A model generated the notes under the pieces. The model had not been told where the DNA came from. It saw only the letters and a list, made by a program, of their open reading frames with translations, and ran no database searches. Positions 1-12,567 of a DNA stretch of 64,000 nt are shown here, one piece after another. The stretch covers positions 1,860,001 through 1,924,000 of the forward strand of contig ML978125.1 in NCBI GenBank assembly GCA_010015805.1, written 5' to 3'. The DNA comes from Rhizodiscina lignyota (Eukaryota). The number at the start of each line of letters is the position of its first letter. Position 1 is the first letter of the stretch. The position numbers and the translations under genes were made by a program.

Positions 1-2135
1 ACTCTCGAACTCTTATCCTCCCTATCGGATGCGTTCAAAGCGGTCGAGGCACAGACATCCACGTTCCGGGCACAGTGCGAAGGTCTCCTGCAGGACCAGA
101 AGCGAATCACAACATTGGCAGACGAGATTGGCGAAAATCTGCAATATTATGCGTACCTCGACCCCATCACAAGGAGGCTGAATGCTCCTGGAGCAGGCAA
201 TTTCGTGAGAGGGAGGGAATTCTCAGAGATGCTGTCGAACCTGGACGCCTGTATCGAATACATGCAGTCGCATGTGAGTACATGACATTTCTTGCAGTAT
301 CTGTTCTAACTGGTTATCAGCCCAATCAACGAGAGGCCGCAAACTACCGCTCCCGCTACCGACTGCTTCTAACCCGTGCTTTAACTCTCATACGAGTACA
401 TTTCACCAATTCCCTTCGAGAAATCGCGGCAGATGTCTCCAGACGCATTGCAGATCGCCAGCTGAACGATACCACAATGTCTGCCCTGCTCTATGCCAAG
501 TTCAGAGTGCCTGCTGCCGAGCTGAAGCAGACGGGCCTGGAAATCGCGAAGCGAGCCGTCCCACCTCCGGGTGCAGAGGCTGGAGCGGAAGCTGAATATC
601 AAAGTCTGATGAATGAACTCTACCAGAGTTACTCGACGACCCGTGGACGTTTGATCCTGCCACTGATCACGAAAAAGATGACCGAAATTTCGATGGCACC
701 TAGCTCGTCTAAGGATCTCGTATCATTTGCTCGTACAGCAATAAGTTACGTTCGTGGGATATGCTTTGACGAGTATGACCTGTGGCGTGAGTGGTTCGAT
801 GATGAAGGTGGACTCTACGACTTTCTTGAAGCAATGTGTGAACCTCTTTATGACCACCTCAGACCAAGGACGATTCATGAAACACAGCTACTCAAGTTGT
901 GCGAGCTATGCACGTTGATTCAAACTCGCTATATGGAAGACGAGGACGAAGATGAAGAGGATTTGGATATTTCTAGGCTCGACTTCGCTGCACTCATTCA
1001 TCCTGCCTTGGAAGACGCACAGGCTCGTCTGATTTTCCTTTCTCTGGCTGTTCTACGTAACGACATTGAGAACTACAAGCCGAAACCAGAGGACCTAAAC
1101 TACCCAGCTCGTACTCGCCGATCATCTGTCGCGACCTCGAAGGGCAACCAGCCAGTTCTCTCCGGACGAAAAGGGAGCAACGTACCGCGAACGCCAGTGC
1201 CGAATACTCCACAGGTCGTCGAAGAAGATGGCGTAGATTCCGCATTCACATTTCACCCCAAAAATCAAGACTGGTATCCTCCACTGCGCAAAGCAGTATG
1301 GTTGCTTAGCCGCATATATCGCCTAGTCAACTCAGTTATCTTCGATGACTTGGCCCATCAGATTGTGCATCAGACGACGCTCTCCATTGTCACCGCTTCA
1401 AACCTCATTTCCAAATCAGCATCGCCGACGGACGGGAATCTCTTCCTTCTTAAGCATTTGCTACTGCTCAAGCAGCAGATTGTTGCCTTCGATATTGAAT
1501 TCGTATCAGCGGATGTCAACATTGATTTCAATTCTTTCACTGCTACATTCTTCGAGCTCCGCGAGCGAGGCGGGCTATTCGATCCGCGGAATTGGGGGAG
1601 ATGGCTCGTTCCGAGGGTGGTTCGAGATATGCGAGACGCGAAGGGCGAGCTTGACGGCAGGCTGAGGAACGTCATTAACGAATTCACGCAAAGCGTTGCG
1701 GACAGGATGACTGCGAGTCTGCCGAAATCCGACCCCGCCAATCCGCCTGCGGGCCAGAAGAAAGGCAAGCAGATCGATCCAAGAGCCGCGACAGAAGAAG
1801 TGCGAAAGCAGATAGAAAAAGACGTGCCATTCCTTCGGAAGAAGCTAGAGGAGTACATTGAGGATATGAGGACGAGAGAGACTTTGGTGGCTGCCGTTAT
1901 GGACGTCACGGTACAGGCGTACGAGGACTGGTACCAGCGGCACCACGCAGGCGCGAAGAAGGGCAAGGGCAAAGGAAGAGAGGATGAAGTCTGGGACCCG
2001 GACGTATTCAGCGAGTGGTGCACTGGCGTCTTTGGCGTGGGCGGTGGGTTTGGACTTGGGATATTAGGGGAAGGCGATCAAGATGACAGTGGCAGTATCG
2101 GGAGCGGCGACATTTCGAGGAGCGGGAGTACGTAG
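1..2135 (+). CDS. COG3: Conserved oligomeric Golgi complex subunit 3 (Sec34), 5'-truncated
   Basis: Frame 1 from base 1 reads TLELLSSLSDAFKAVEAQ...LDPITRRLNAPGAG...IEYMQSH. A GT-AG intron 274-320 (GTGAGT...CTAAC...CAG) joins it to the long ORF (YRSRYRLLLTRALTLIR, WYPPLRKAVWLLSRIYRLV, LFLLKHLLLLKQQIVAFDIEF). Confidence 0.93.
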   Translation, partial: SRTLILPIGCVQSGRGTDIHVPGTVRRSPAGPEANHNIGRRDWRKSAILCVPRPHHKEAECSWSRQFREREGILRDAVEPGRLYRIHAVACEYMTFLAVSVLTGYQPNQREAANYRSRYRLLLTRALTLIRVHFTNSLREIAADVSRRIADRQLNDTTMSALLYAKFRVPAAELKQTGLEIAKRAVPPPGAEAGAEAEYQSLMNELYQSYSTTRGRLILPLITKKMTEISMAPSSSKDLVSFARTAISYVRGICFDEYDLWREWFDDEGGLYDFLEAMCEPLYDHLRPRTIHETQLLKLCELCTLIQTRYMEDEDEDEEDLDISRLDFAALIHPALEDAQARLIFLSLAVLRNDIENYKPKPEDLNYPARTRRSSVATSKGNQPVLSGRKGSNVPRTPVPNTPQVVEEDGVDSAFTFHPKNQDWYPPLRKAVWLLSRIYRLVNSVIFDDLAHQIVHQTTLSIVTASNLISKSASPTDGNLFLLKHLLLLKQQIVAFDIEFVSADVNIDFNSFTATFFELRERGGLFDPRNWGRWLVPRVVRDMRDAKGELDGRLRNVINEFTQSVADRMTASLPKSDPANPPAGQKKGKQIDPRAATEEVRKQIEKDVPFLRKKLEEYIEDMRTRETLVAAVMDVTVQAYEDWYQRHHAGAKKGKGKGREDEVWDPDVFSEWCTGVFGVGGGFGLGILGEGDQDDSGSIGSGDISRSGST

Positions 2136-2546
2136 GTGATTTAACGATAACGAATGCATGACCGAAAATTTAAAGCATGATATACGAATAAAAACAGGAT
2201 TTATGGTTCAGTGTTTCGTTTGATTTGTATGGTTTGTACTCATAAGGAGTGATTGGACGATACGTGAGAACGCTCTATTGCTGCGCAAGCAAAGGACAAG
2301 CCAGGACCGATCCAAACGCTTTCTATCACCGAAAAGCGCTGAATATCCCAACCGAAAAAGAGCTCCAAGCTATTAAGCAAAAGCAAGTCAGAGCATAGAG
2401 GCGGAAAGGTACGCCTCTTCAAAGCAACCATGAAGCAAATCGCTAACGGCCCAAGTAGGGAAAAACGCTATGTACAAGCAGCCCGCCGGTGCTGTGAGTC
2501 TAGATTCCAATAGAACCCAGGAGGTATGTGATGATCCAGAGAGAAT

Positions 2547-3142
2547 CTAGATGCCCTTGATGGCAACCGTGCGCTCGGTATTTAGCTTCTCCGCGTTGCG
2601 CTCGTGGCTCTCCTTCTTGCAGTCTTCCAAGCCCTCGCAGTTGTGGCTCTCTAGCAGGCGGTGCTTGCTGCAGAAGTGGCCACCGCAGAAGCCGCAGTCC
2701 CCAACGATGCGCTGGATCGCAGACTTGCACTGCTCCGGGCTGTTCTTCTTGAAGTCGCACTTTGGCAGCTTTGGAGCGCCACCGCGGAGAGGGAGGGCGA
2801 GCGAGATGGTGGACTCAGGGCGGACGGAGTACTCAGATAGTGGCTTAGAAGGCGTGGCGAGGTGGCGGCCACCGTGGATAAGTCGCATGTTCGTAATAGA
2901 GCCGGTATGTTGTGAGGTTATGAGTTTGGTGAGGTCGCCGACCGTTGCATTTGAGGCTATTGTGAGCGGGATTGCTGGAAACATATTCTTAGCAAAAGGC
3001 TATTTAGAACTAGAGAGGGAAGAGAAGGCTTACTTTCACCCTTAATTGTCTTTACGAATATCTGCATGGTGTCTGCCGGTGATGACGGTGCGGGTGCGGT
3101 AGAGGAGTTGGAGGATGCGGAGGAGACGCTGTCGGAACTCAT
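2547..3142 (-). CDS. Ubiquitin-like domain plus AN1-type zinc finger protein
   Basis: The ubiquitin-like start MQIFVKTIKGE|TIPLT is split by intron 3033-2975. The UBL ends LPLRGG and is followed by the AN1 finger CDF...C...GDCGFCGGHFCSKHRLLESHNC. Confidence 0.9.
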
Positions 3143-5063
3143 GGTGAGTGTCGTGTGAGAGTGTGCGGGATTTAGTCGAGGAGGCCGATAGAGTCCGCGG
3201 AGATCTTGTGGCAAGCCGTAGGTGAGGATTGTTGAGGTTGTCTCGTGAGTGGTTGTTTGTAAGGCTCTGAAACGGAAGCGGCTGTATTACTAGGCAAGCG
3301 GCGGTTCTTGGTGTTGTTGGTGTCGAGAGCGTTCAAAGGTGGGTGGGAGTTGGATGTAGGAGGGAGCAGAAGACAGCGAAGTTGTTGAATGTAGGTAGTC
3401 AGTGAGGTTTCGGAGGTCGGAGGACGATCCTCAGCGTAGTGTTCATATGATGAATGATGACTTGAGTGGTAGCGTGGTGGCTCCGGCTTGCGCGGCGAGC
3501 GATCGGCGACGGTTTCTATCAGCTTCGAGCCTGTGCTTTTCTGTCACCGTCAAGGTCCTAGTTTCCTTGGACAGCAACTGTCAAGCCACGTTCTCGAGCC
3601 GCCTCGCGTATGCCTGAGGGAGCCAGGACGGTCACTGCCACCTCACCTCCCTTTACTTCGGCTGCACGTCCTCCTCAAGCTGGAAGCAGCGCGCTGCACA
3701 GGGACAGAACTAGACAGTTGTATGTATGTCTGCGTACCCTACATACCCTTGCACTAAGCGTTCATGCGTTATTGGCCGCCTTTCTTCACCTTTCCTGTGC
3801 AACCCACAGGCGCGTACCCAGTCAATTGAAGTCGGGCACATTTGCATGGCAGCTGGCCGAGAGCTACATGCGCGCGTGCTCATCAGGCCCTTCCGTCTTA
3901 TGATGTCGGACGACTGCTTCACCAGCCGCGCACCAGCGCCGACAGCAGGATGGGACTTTCGGGTGCGCCGAACACTCCCATGGACCCTGAGCACGTTGTT
4001 CGCCACAGTCTACCGATCTCGCCTCTGGCCTTTGCGCCCTTCCGGAGGCTGGATCCCTTGGGCAAGAGGCGGCCGAACCTGCGATTCGCGGCAAGGGTTC
4101 GTGGGCGCCACTACTGCATGCAGTGCTGTTGCCGGCGCATGCAGCCGCTCGGTAAGGGTTCGTTGGTGACATGAGCAAAGGGAGTCTTGTGCTCAGGTAA
4201 TAGGTGATGCAGCCTTGTCTCTCACCATTCTTCCCAATATATTGACCCAAAATCATCTGATCGCTCTCTCTTCGATGGGCCTTACGCCACAATTATTGAT
4301 GTCGAGAACCAGGATCGGCGAGCCTGCGAGGCTAGTACTCTAACGGCGTATCTTCGGTCTCGTCTTATCAACTACTAAGGATACCTATGTCTAGATGAGA
4401 CCTTGGAAGTGAAGGCAGAATTGGCTGTAAACGAAAGCAATAGCGCTGTTAGAATAAAGAAACCCAGATTGCAAATCACAAACAGTCGGGAAATTCATGT
4501 CTCGCCGTCGTTCTCGTCTTGTCGTCGCAACTGCCGAAGCTGTTCTGGCCAGGCGCTCCGTCCACGTTGGTACCTGTCGCTGACGATGCCTCGGGACATG
4601 GAATTTGCCGCCATCGTCGGCTCAACTTCGGGACCGTCTCATCTTCCTTTCAAAGCTGCCATTAATGAGCGAAAGTTGATGTCACTTTGATCACAACCAA
4701 GAAGACTTTTCGGATGATCAAAGACGATAATCTGAGTTGCCTGATGGGGCAGATCTCCATATTCGATGCCAAATCTGAATTTGATTATGGCGTCGACGCC
4801 TCTCGGAAATCGCTATATTGGGGCTTGATGAGAAGTGGAGTCAAGCGAGACCTTGGTATTGTTACAGTATTCATTTTCGTCATTCTATATTCTCAGCTAT
4901 TTAGCACAGCTATACCGCGGCTCCTTGGCTCCTTGCCTTTCTAGATATCATACCGCTCAATACTTCATCCTCATACACCCTTGTCCACCCGGAGCACTTG
5001 CAAGACCAATCCAAAAGACCCGAAGAATGAAAGTGGCGATGGCGTTTGTCGTCCCAGATAACC

Positions 5064-7089
5064 TTAAAAGTTCTCCTTGCCCCATACAAACTGGAAATCT
5101 GGATCGGAGTACATGTTGCACTTGATGTGCAGCTGGCTACCGAGCACCTTAGGACCGCAGAAGAACACACCTGCCTCAGCGGGCGTGTGGATCTTGCGGA
5201 TGCCCCTGAACACCATGTCCCAATTTGGCCTGCCGAAGTTGGTGGGTGCGCGCAGGCCAGTGATTGCGTCCTGGTCTGCGTTGGCGTCGTTGATCATGAT
5301 GTTGGTTGCGTCGTCGGCTTTGATCTTGGCGGTGAGATACTGTCCAAGGCGTTAGCATTATTCCTCCGTCGGTAGAAGAATGTGGGAGGTAGGTAAACTT
5401 ACAGTATGGATCTCAATGTGGTCGTCCAAATCTTGTGCCTCAATCGCCAATAGCAGCGACCTGAACCACTCAAACGAGCCAAAGTCCCTGCAAACCCAAA
5501 AGAAGTAGACCTTCCTCAGTCTGGTCTTGCCCTGTGGGTAGTTCATCCTGTACCAAATGCTCTTCAAAATGCTGGCAAATGGAGTAACACCGATACCAGC
5601 ACCGACCAGCACCGCGATCTCAAACTTGAAGACATCTTCTGAGGCACTACCGAAGGGCCCGTCAACGTAGACTCGTGGCAGTACACGGCGCAGCGAGGGG
5701 TCAATGCCCTGCTCGTCGGTAGACTTCACGACCGCACCACCCTTCTCGGTCTTTTTTTCGAAATCGCAGCCGAGAGCTTTGGCGAGATTCCTAGTGAAGT
5801 CACCGACGCAACGGACGTGCACAGAGATATAATCTTCTTCCGGCGCAGAGGTGAGGGTGAATGGGTGGTATTGCCAGACGGAGACAGCTGGACAGCAGAG
5901 GAAGATGTACTGGAAGCAATGTCAGTATCGGTCTACTTGCAACAAGATTGCATGGCAAGAATAGACGTACCTGTCCGGCCCTCGTCTTGGTGTGCTCCTT
6001 CTTGATCTGGATCTCGCACACATTGCTGGGATGCTGAATGACCTTCGAGACAAACGTCTTATGCCTGCCTCGAACCTCTCTTGCAATTCTCTCCGCCAAA
6101 TACGTAAACCCACCAAACAGCCAATACTGATAGAAGACTCCAATACCAGCGCAGAACGGCGCAATATCCGGCTTAATCATGCAGAATGCACCATGCACAC
6201 TCCAGAAAACGAAGAAGACGATGAAAAGATGGTGCGTGTACCAGAATCTCTCAAAGTTCGCACGGCGCGGCTTCTCCATGGACGTGAAGACCATTGCCGT
6301 CAGGGAGATCAGCATAATGTAGCCTGACCAACCGGGTCCAGTTTCGAGATTTGCCACAATGAAGCCAACAAAGCCGACCTTAGCTTTTGCAGCAAGCTGA
6401 GCGTAGTTATTCCAATGCGCGATGGTGTGTACCCAAGACCAGAAGAAGATGGCCCACGCGACGAGTTTGTGAAAGGTGATGTTCTTGTCGAATTGGATAA
6501 CGCCATTGAGCGGCGTTTGACGGACGAGAGAAACGAGCGTGCGGCATACGGCTGGTAGGTGTGTTAGTGATTCCGTTTTTGCTGCTGCTCGAATGGAACA
6601 TACGGAAAAGAACGAGAGCAATGTCCACATGCAGAGTCAATGCAGCTGCACGAGCAATGGGGTAACCCATGCCAAAGGTCGAACGGGCCATCGTGAGATT
6701 GTCCTAGTGAGCATGTCAGATATGGTTTCGCAGAGACATATTGCGGATGTTACCTTGATAAAGTAGTTCATAAATCCAAAAGCGTAGACCATCAATTGCA
6801 AGAGAATGAATCCGCCCACAAATCTGACATTGTTAGCTTTGCGTACAGCACTTCTGTGACGATACAACGCACACTCTGCGATAGCCTTCGTTAACCAGCC
6901 TGCCTCTTCGTCAGTATATATGTATATATCCGGTTCTCATCCAACATACCAGACGTCAATCTTCTCCCTCCAGTTCAGGTCCCTTGGTGGTTCTCCTGAC
7001 ATCTCTCCCGTCATGAGCATGCGGGTCAAGGGAGGCCATCTCGACCGCTCCTTGCCCGTCAGGCTCGGCGCCATCATTTCCTTCTCCAT
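5064..7089 (-). CDS. noxB: NADPH oxidase, gp91phox family, NoxB/Nox2 type (multi-exon)
   Basis: Has the NoxB-type N-terminal extension [17 protein letters not shown], the ferric reductase region FERFWYTHH, the NADPH motifs [12 protein letters not shown] and [16 protein letters not shown], and the C-terminus GVFFCGP...FVWGKENF. Confidence 0.93.
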
Positions 7090-8678
7090 TATTACGGTTC
7101 GGTTGTCGAAGGTGTTCGGATGTTAAATAGAGGGCGTATATAACTACAAGAAGGCCCGCGGACGCCCTGATTCCAGCGGGTTATGAAGATTTCAGAGCCT
7201 GCTGAATTGTGTAAAAGATTGTATGGCCTGCACAAGTTCGAATCGAAGGAATGAACGACGAGTACCTAAAAAATTGAGAGATGAAGGTCAGCAAACGATG
7301 CTTGGCTTGGGAGGAAACAAAAAGGTACTTACAGCGTGCCCGGCACTGGTAGAGAAGGAGAAAAGAATTGCAGGTGAACCTGCCGGCTAAGATAACGGAG
7401 CCAGATAGTGGACCCAAAACGGAGCGCTTATGGTGGGGAGATATCAAAGAGAGAAAAGGAAGAGGAAGAAACAAAAGGCCCAGTCTGTTGCAGCAGCTGG
7501 AACTGCAGTAGGTAGGGGTTACGACTCGTAAACGCTATGATCATGAACCTTCGGAATTCGTCACGCAGCAGACAGTGGAGCCCATGGGCATGCAATTTTC
7601 AATGCTGCGACAATGTACAAACAAACGAGGAGGTGAGGCGTTGCGAATGGGGTTGGTAGAGCCGGCGATGACCCAAATTTGGGAAGGATAGTTCGGGCTG
7701 CATGATACTCGAGGGTTAGCTTGCAAAAGACGCTGTGGGCGGCTGAAACTCGAGCAGCGTGATCAGATACGCGCCCGTCAGAGAAGGAGTTAGGTCATGG
7801 TTGGCAAAGATAGTCAAAAGTCACCCTCGACAGTCTTGGTAGGAGGCGTTGCCGCAGAAGCGTTTCAAGGATCCTGGCTAAGCGCGCTCATAGGTCGGAC
7901 GGGTAACTAAGCTTTTATTGCAGATGACCATAGTCGCCGGCCTTGGTTCTGGGCCGAGAAGGGGTGGAATACTAGTGTCTCCGTTCATATCATCCTGTTT
8001 TAGCTGTTGGAAGTGAAGGGTCGAGGTTGGAGTTGAAAATCGGGTGGCGCCGTGCCAAGCTATCCTGGCTTGCGTTCTGCACCTATACGCAGCTTGCAGC
8101 AGTTACCTGCAGGACAAGATGAAAGGATCTGGTCTTTGATATATGACTTTTGATGGTTTGGATGTATACGTTTTGAGCCCGACTACAAATGCTGATTTGT
8201 CCCTGCCATGATCTCGCCCATGCAAACTCTCACACCACTGTCTCCATGACCCCTTCTCAAGTCTCCAACAAGCAATGGGAAGCCCGAATCCCGTTTTCTC
8301 CCGCCTAGTCGACCGGTACCAACATACTGTTGTTAGTGCACATGGAAAAGGTATGAGTAATGGAAAAGACCCAAACATGTGACGGGAATAGCGTAGCAAG
8401 TTGAAGTGCTCCGCAGTGGTGTGATTGAGTCTGTTGAAAGCCTGTTGTTTTGTGTTGTAAAAACAGAGACCGATCCACAGAACCCTCAATGCAGAGAGAG
8501 AGCCAACCAGGGCGTTGATGTTGCGATCGCAGCCACCGTCTGGTCTCTCAGTCCCTACCGCTGGAAAAGTCAACGCTGGTACTCCATTCGGAGATCCACC
8601 CGTCCTGTCATAAGATCCCTAGGCAATCTTCCGGCCTGTGTCCTTCAGAGACTTGTGGTTCCGGGAATCAAGGTTCAG

Positions 8679-9754
8679 TTAAATGATGTCCCAGACATCC
8701 TCAGCAGCATGACAGAACTTGCTGCACGCAACGCTTGCGCTCAGGCTAAAGTTGCTGATACTGATAGAGTCGTCCTTGTATGAATCGGCAAAGTCATCCC
8801 TGCCTTTCGCCATCGCTCCTATGAACACACAGATGCTCTCCTTTGGGCCAAGGTCCTGTATGTAGTCCCGTACGCGTACGACAGGCGCATCGAAGGATAG
8901 GGTTACCTTGCGGCAATTCGGAGGCAAGTGGTCAGTTATGGGATTTTTGATGACTCGCAGAAGCTTCTCTTGTGATGTTGTGGAGCGAATGGATAGGCGA
9001 TGCAGGAGTTGGACCATCAGTCCAGCGAAGCGCTTGAATGTCCTTGGTATCCGCACTGTAGGATTCACTTCAATCAAAACGCCTTTGGCTGTGCTGATAT
9101 ATATCTGCAGCTTGCCAGCTTTGTTGATTGGTGAGTCTAGCAGCGTCAAGAGACACTGGACGTTATAAGTATTTCGGAGCGTATTCCACTAGTGGTCTGG
9201 CTTACTTGGTGAGTAATGTCGGGCCGGGCGTCACTAATCTCCCTCCCCATCTTCCTCATGATGCCGATATGTTCATCGCTGTTCAGCAGTGAGTATCGTT
9301 CATCTCTGCCTGCTTTCGCGGAGCCGTGCGATGCTTTGTAGGTTTCGAGGCTGGCGTTCGATAGGACAACGATGAGACGCTTGGTGTCCTTATCATGGTG
9401 AGGGATTGAAGCGTGTTGTTCAGCAACTAATTGAGGTAACTTTGGAGGAGGGAGCGATTGTGTCCCTAAATCGTCGCAAAAGAAGTCTTGGTTAGTAAGG
9501 TAATCGTGCTGAGACATCTCTGCGAAGGGCGATGAATGGAATGCGAAAATGGCTGTGCGAGCGCTGTCAAGATTCGGCAAGCGGTGAATTCCGGCAGGTA
9601 TGCAGCCTCTTGGACTATAGACATCAAACCGCCAAAACCTAATGAAAGAAAGTGGCTTACTCTTCCTCTTCCTCTCAGGAGCCTGGCGCGACTTTCTATC
9701 AGAGTCAAGCTCTTCCGGATCGACTGCTACGCCGTCATTAGTGAAGTCGTTCAT
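8679..9754 (-). CDS. EMG1: 18S rRNA pseudouridine methyltransferase Nep1/Emg1
   Basis: Motifs TQSLPPP...[53 protein letters not shown] and [10 protein letters not shown]. Introns at 9660-9466 and ~9205-9157. The exact start is uncertain. Confidence 0.92.
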
Positions 9755-9811
9755 ATCGGATTTCCTATATTCGATTTTGTTAGTAGAGCAAGGTGACAAG
9801 GCTGTTATTGA

Positions 9812-9854
9812 GGTTATGGCGGTTGTGTGGTTATGGCGGTTGTGTGGTTATGGC
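9812..9854. repeat. 17-bp tandem repeat, ~2.5 copies (GGTTATGGCGGTTGTGT)
   Basis: Read directly; it lies upstream of the EMG1 ATG. Confidence 0.85.
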
Positions 9855-10291
9855 CGTGGGTGCGGAGCAAAATGACTCTCTCACGGTGCGCGGTGGGCGT
9901 CCGAGGTATCGCCGACTCCGATTAACGCCGATGCTCTTCCCGGAATCGGGGCGTACTTAAAAGTACGTGACTATTAACTAGGTACCTACTGTCGGACGGT
10001 CTGTTTCACACATGCTGCTGAAAGCATTTATCATTCTGCACGGCGCCGACATGAAGAAGTCTAATCGCCCCTCCAATGCGACGCGATTCGGATGGCCCAT
10101 TCGTGGATCCCGAAGAACCTCGGAGCCCATAGCTCACGGAGTTTATCCTTGCGGAGATAGACTACGTTAATTCAATATACACAGGTCCAACTTTATATAT
10201 ATACAGTCATTGTTGGTTCAATTTTCTATTTCAAGAATTCAACCCAGGCCTTTCAATAAGACCATAATTGGAACAAGAGTCTCATGACATC

Positions 10292-11138
10292 ATGGCAGCG
10301 AGTGAACGACAATCGCACCAAAGTCTTGCGGGAAAGGTTGCTATCGTCACGGGCTCTTCACGAGGCATAGGAGCAGCAATTGCGCTAGAGCTAGCAAGGC
10401 GAGGAGCAAAGGTAAGATGCGACGTTGTCACTGCTTCGTAAGCTCCCAGACAGTCCACTGAGTATGCTACAGGTCGCGATAACGTACACGTCTCCAAGTA
10501 GCGAAAAAGCCGTGGACGAGCTGGAATCAAAAATCAACACGTTCGGAAATGGGTCATCCGTCATAAAAGTTCGGGAAGACCTCCGTAACTTGGACGCACC
10601 AGCAAAGATTGTGGCTGCGACGGTCGAGCATTTCGGTCACTCTATCGATGTTCTCGTGAACAACGCCGGAATGGAGAAGGTAAAAGAACTCAAGGACATC
10701 ACGCCCGACGACTTCAGTGAAGTCTTCGAGCTCAACGTTCGAGCTGCTCTGTTCATGACACAAGCAGTCCTTCCACATCTGCGCAAACCCGGAAGAGTGA
10801 TCAACATCAGCTCCGTGGGCGCACGTTGCGGCTTTGAGAAGTTATCCCTCTACTGCGCGTCGAAGGCGGCCATGGAAGGTATGACTCGATCGCACGCTGC
10901 TGAGCTGGGAGCAGTTGGCCATACTGTGAATGTCGTTGAGCCCGGCCCGACAGAATCAGATATGATTCACAAAATCCCACAGGACCTCGTCCAGCGACAG
11001 AAGGACACAACTCCTGTCGAGAAACGATTGGGAAACGCCGAGGATATCGCCGACGTAGTTGCTTGGTTAGCAGAAGAACAATCAAGGTGGATATCCGGCC
11101 AGACCATCTCCGCGAGCGGTGGTTGGACGATGTTGTAA
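10292..11138 (+). CDS. Short-chain dehydrogenase/reductase (FabG-like)
   Basis: Motifs GKVAIVTGSSRGIG, NNAG, catalytic YCASK and WISGQTI. One intron at ~10412-10471. Confidence 0.92.
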
Positions 11139-11364
11139 CCTATGGGAGACTTCAAAAATGGCATCAGGTGGGTATACCGCATCGTCAAAGAAGACGTGCC
11201 GGAGTCAGCCACGCGATATGAAAGAGCATCATTTCAGGCCTCAATGACACTCTCTGCAGTCACTGTTTGAATTGTTGAGAAGAAATTATCCAACAGTCAT
11301 CTGGACAGCGGCCATATAGGCGGAAGGCACGCAATAGGATTCTCTGGAAGTCGGTACGGGATGG

Positions 11365-11595
11365 CAAGGGGGTGACAAAAAAGCTGGCCTCAGCTTTCAA
11401 CACGCTAACCATCAAGAGTGTGTAGCCTCTATAATTAACAAAGCGTACAAGTTTTTAATAGTTCACTATTGTTTAGTACGGCTCGGAGAGCGTATAGCGA
11501 GCTGCCAGAGATAGTTTACCTTGAAGTGTAAGAGCTAATCGCCTTACGGCGTTACAGCTTGTCTCATGTGGTGGCCAAACGTTTTGTCACTCTCG
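11365..11595. mobile_element. Degenerate MITE-like element, copy 1
   Basis: Terminal inverted motif GGTGACAAAA (11371-11380) ... TTTTGTCAC (11582-11590). The interior aligns along its length with 14957-15190. Confidence 0.7.
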
Positions 11596-12567
11596 AGTAG
11601 TGGATATCTCTGCTAGTCAGGTGCAAAGGAGTCGATAACATAATACGAGGAAAACAACATCATTTGTCGTCACCCAGAGCTCGTGGAGACCTATGTCTTC
11701 CCACTCAGCCTGTCGCACACAGCTATTTCGCTGATCTCAGACAACCAAGCCGCAATCTCAGAATCAACCAAAGGGAGGCCATTCAGTCAAGGCCACGCAT
11801 GCTCAACGCATAGTGATCACCGCTAATAGCCTCATTTTTGGCAAGCTCTACCGCGCCGCGCTTCTCCAGCGGCATTCCAGCGCTTCCATTTCTGTTTCGC
11901 TGCATATTTCCGCATGCTCTGCCCCTTCGACCACGCGCGATTGGCATCTGCATTGTGACGACTCATGGCATGGACGAGAGACCCTCCAAGGTTCTGCTCA
12001 ATCCCGAATTCCGCGAGGTGAAATCGCCGCAAAGTCATCGTTCACGCCTGACTGCGAGCCTGAGCGGTGCAAAAGACGCTAGACCGCAAGCTACAGCGCG
12101 GGATCGATCCGTTCCGCCAACCATGGCTTTGCTACTTGGGACCCCGGCTCCCGTTCTACGTGTCACCTCGAGAGAGCTCTACCACCAAATTACCCTGTGG
12201 TAGCCTCGCACCACGCTATCACTTCGTTACGCGCTCTTGATTGCCTTTGCCATTCCCGATAATGGCGCCTGTCACGCGTCGGCTCTCAGAGAGCGTTGGG
12301 GATCGGGCGTTTGCGAAACAGTCGCCCGCCTCACCCTCCCTCACGTTGCATTTTCCGGACCATAGCGGCATGCAGTCGTGTACCTTTCCACGCCCGTAGC
12401 TGACAGCGATGCTTGGGTACCTCCCATAAGTATCGCGAAGGCCCAATTCGGGCAATGATCTTAGCTGAACATTCTACTCCTCTTTCAATTCTCGATCTCC
12501 GTCGTTGCTATAATACATTCAGGGTCCATCACTAACGTCGACATTATCATTCAATTTTAATTCCATT

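Noticed and set aside
1345..2023. Long antisense or alternate-frame ORFs over COG3 (and similarly over LST7, the TF, NOP56 and GH47)
   Set aside because: These are shadow ORFs caused by codon bias in the real genes.
3400..4950. Several overlapping 70-150 aa ORFs between the AN1 gene and NoxB
   Set aside because: No recognisable motifs or coherent exon structure. Most likely promoter and UTR sequence.
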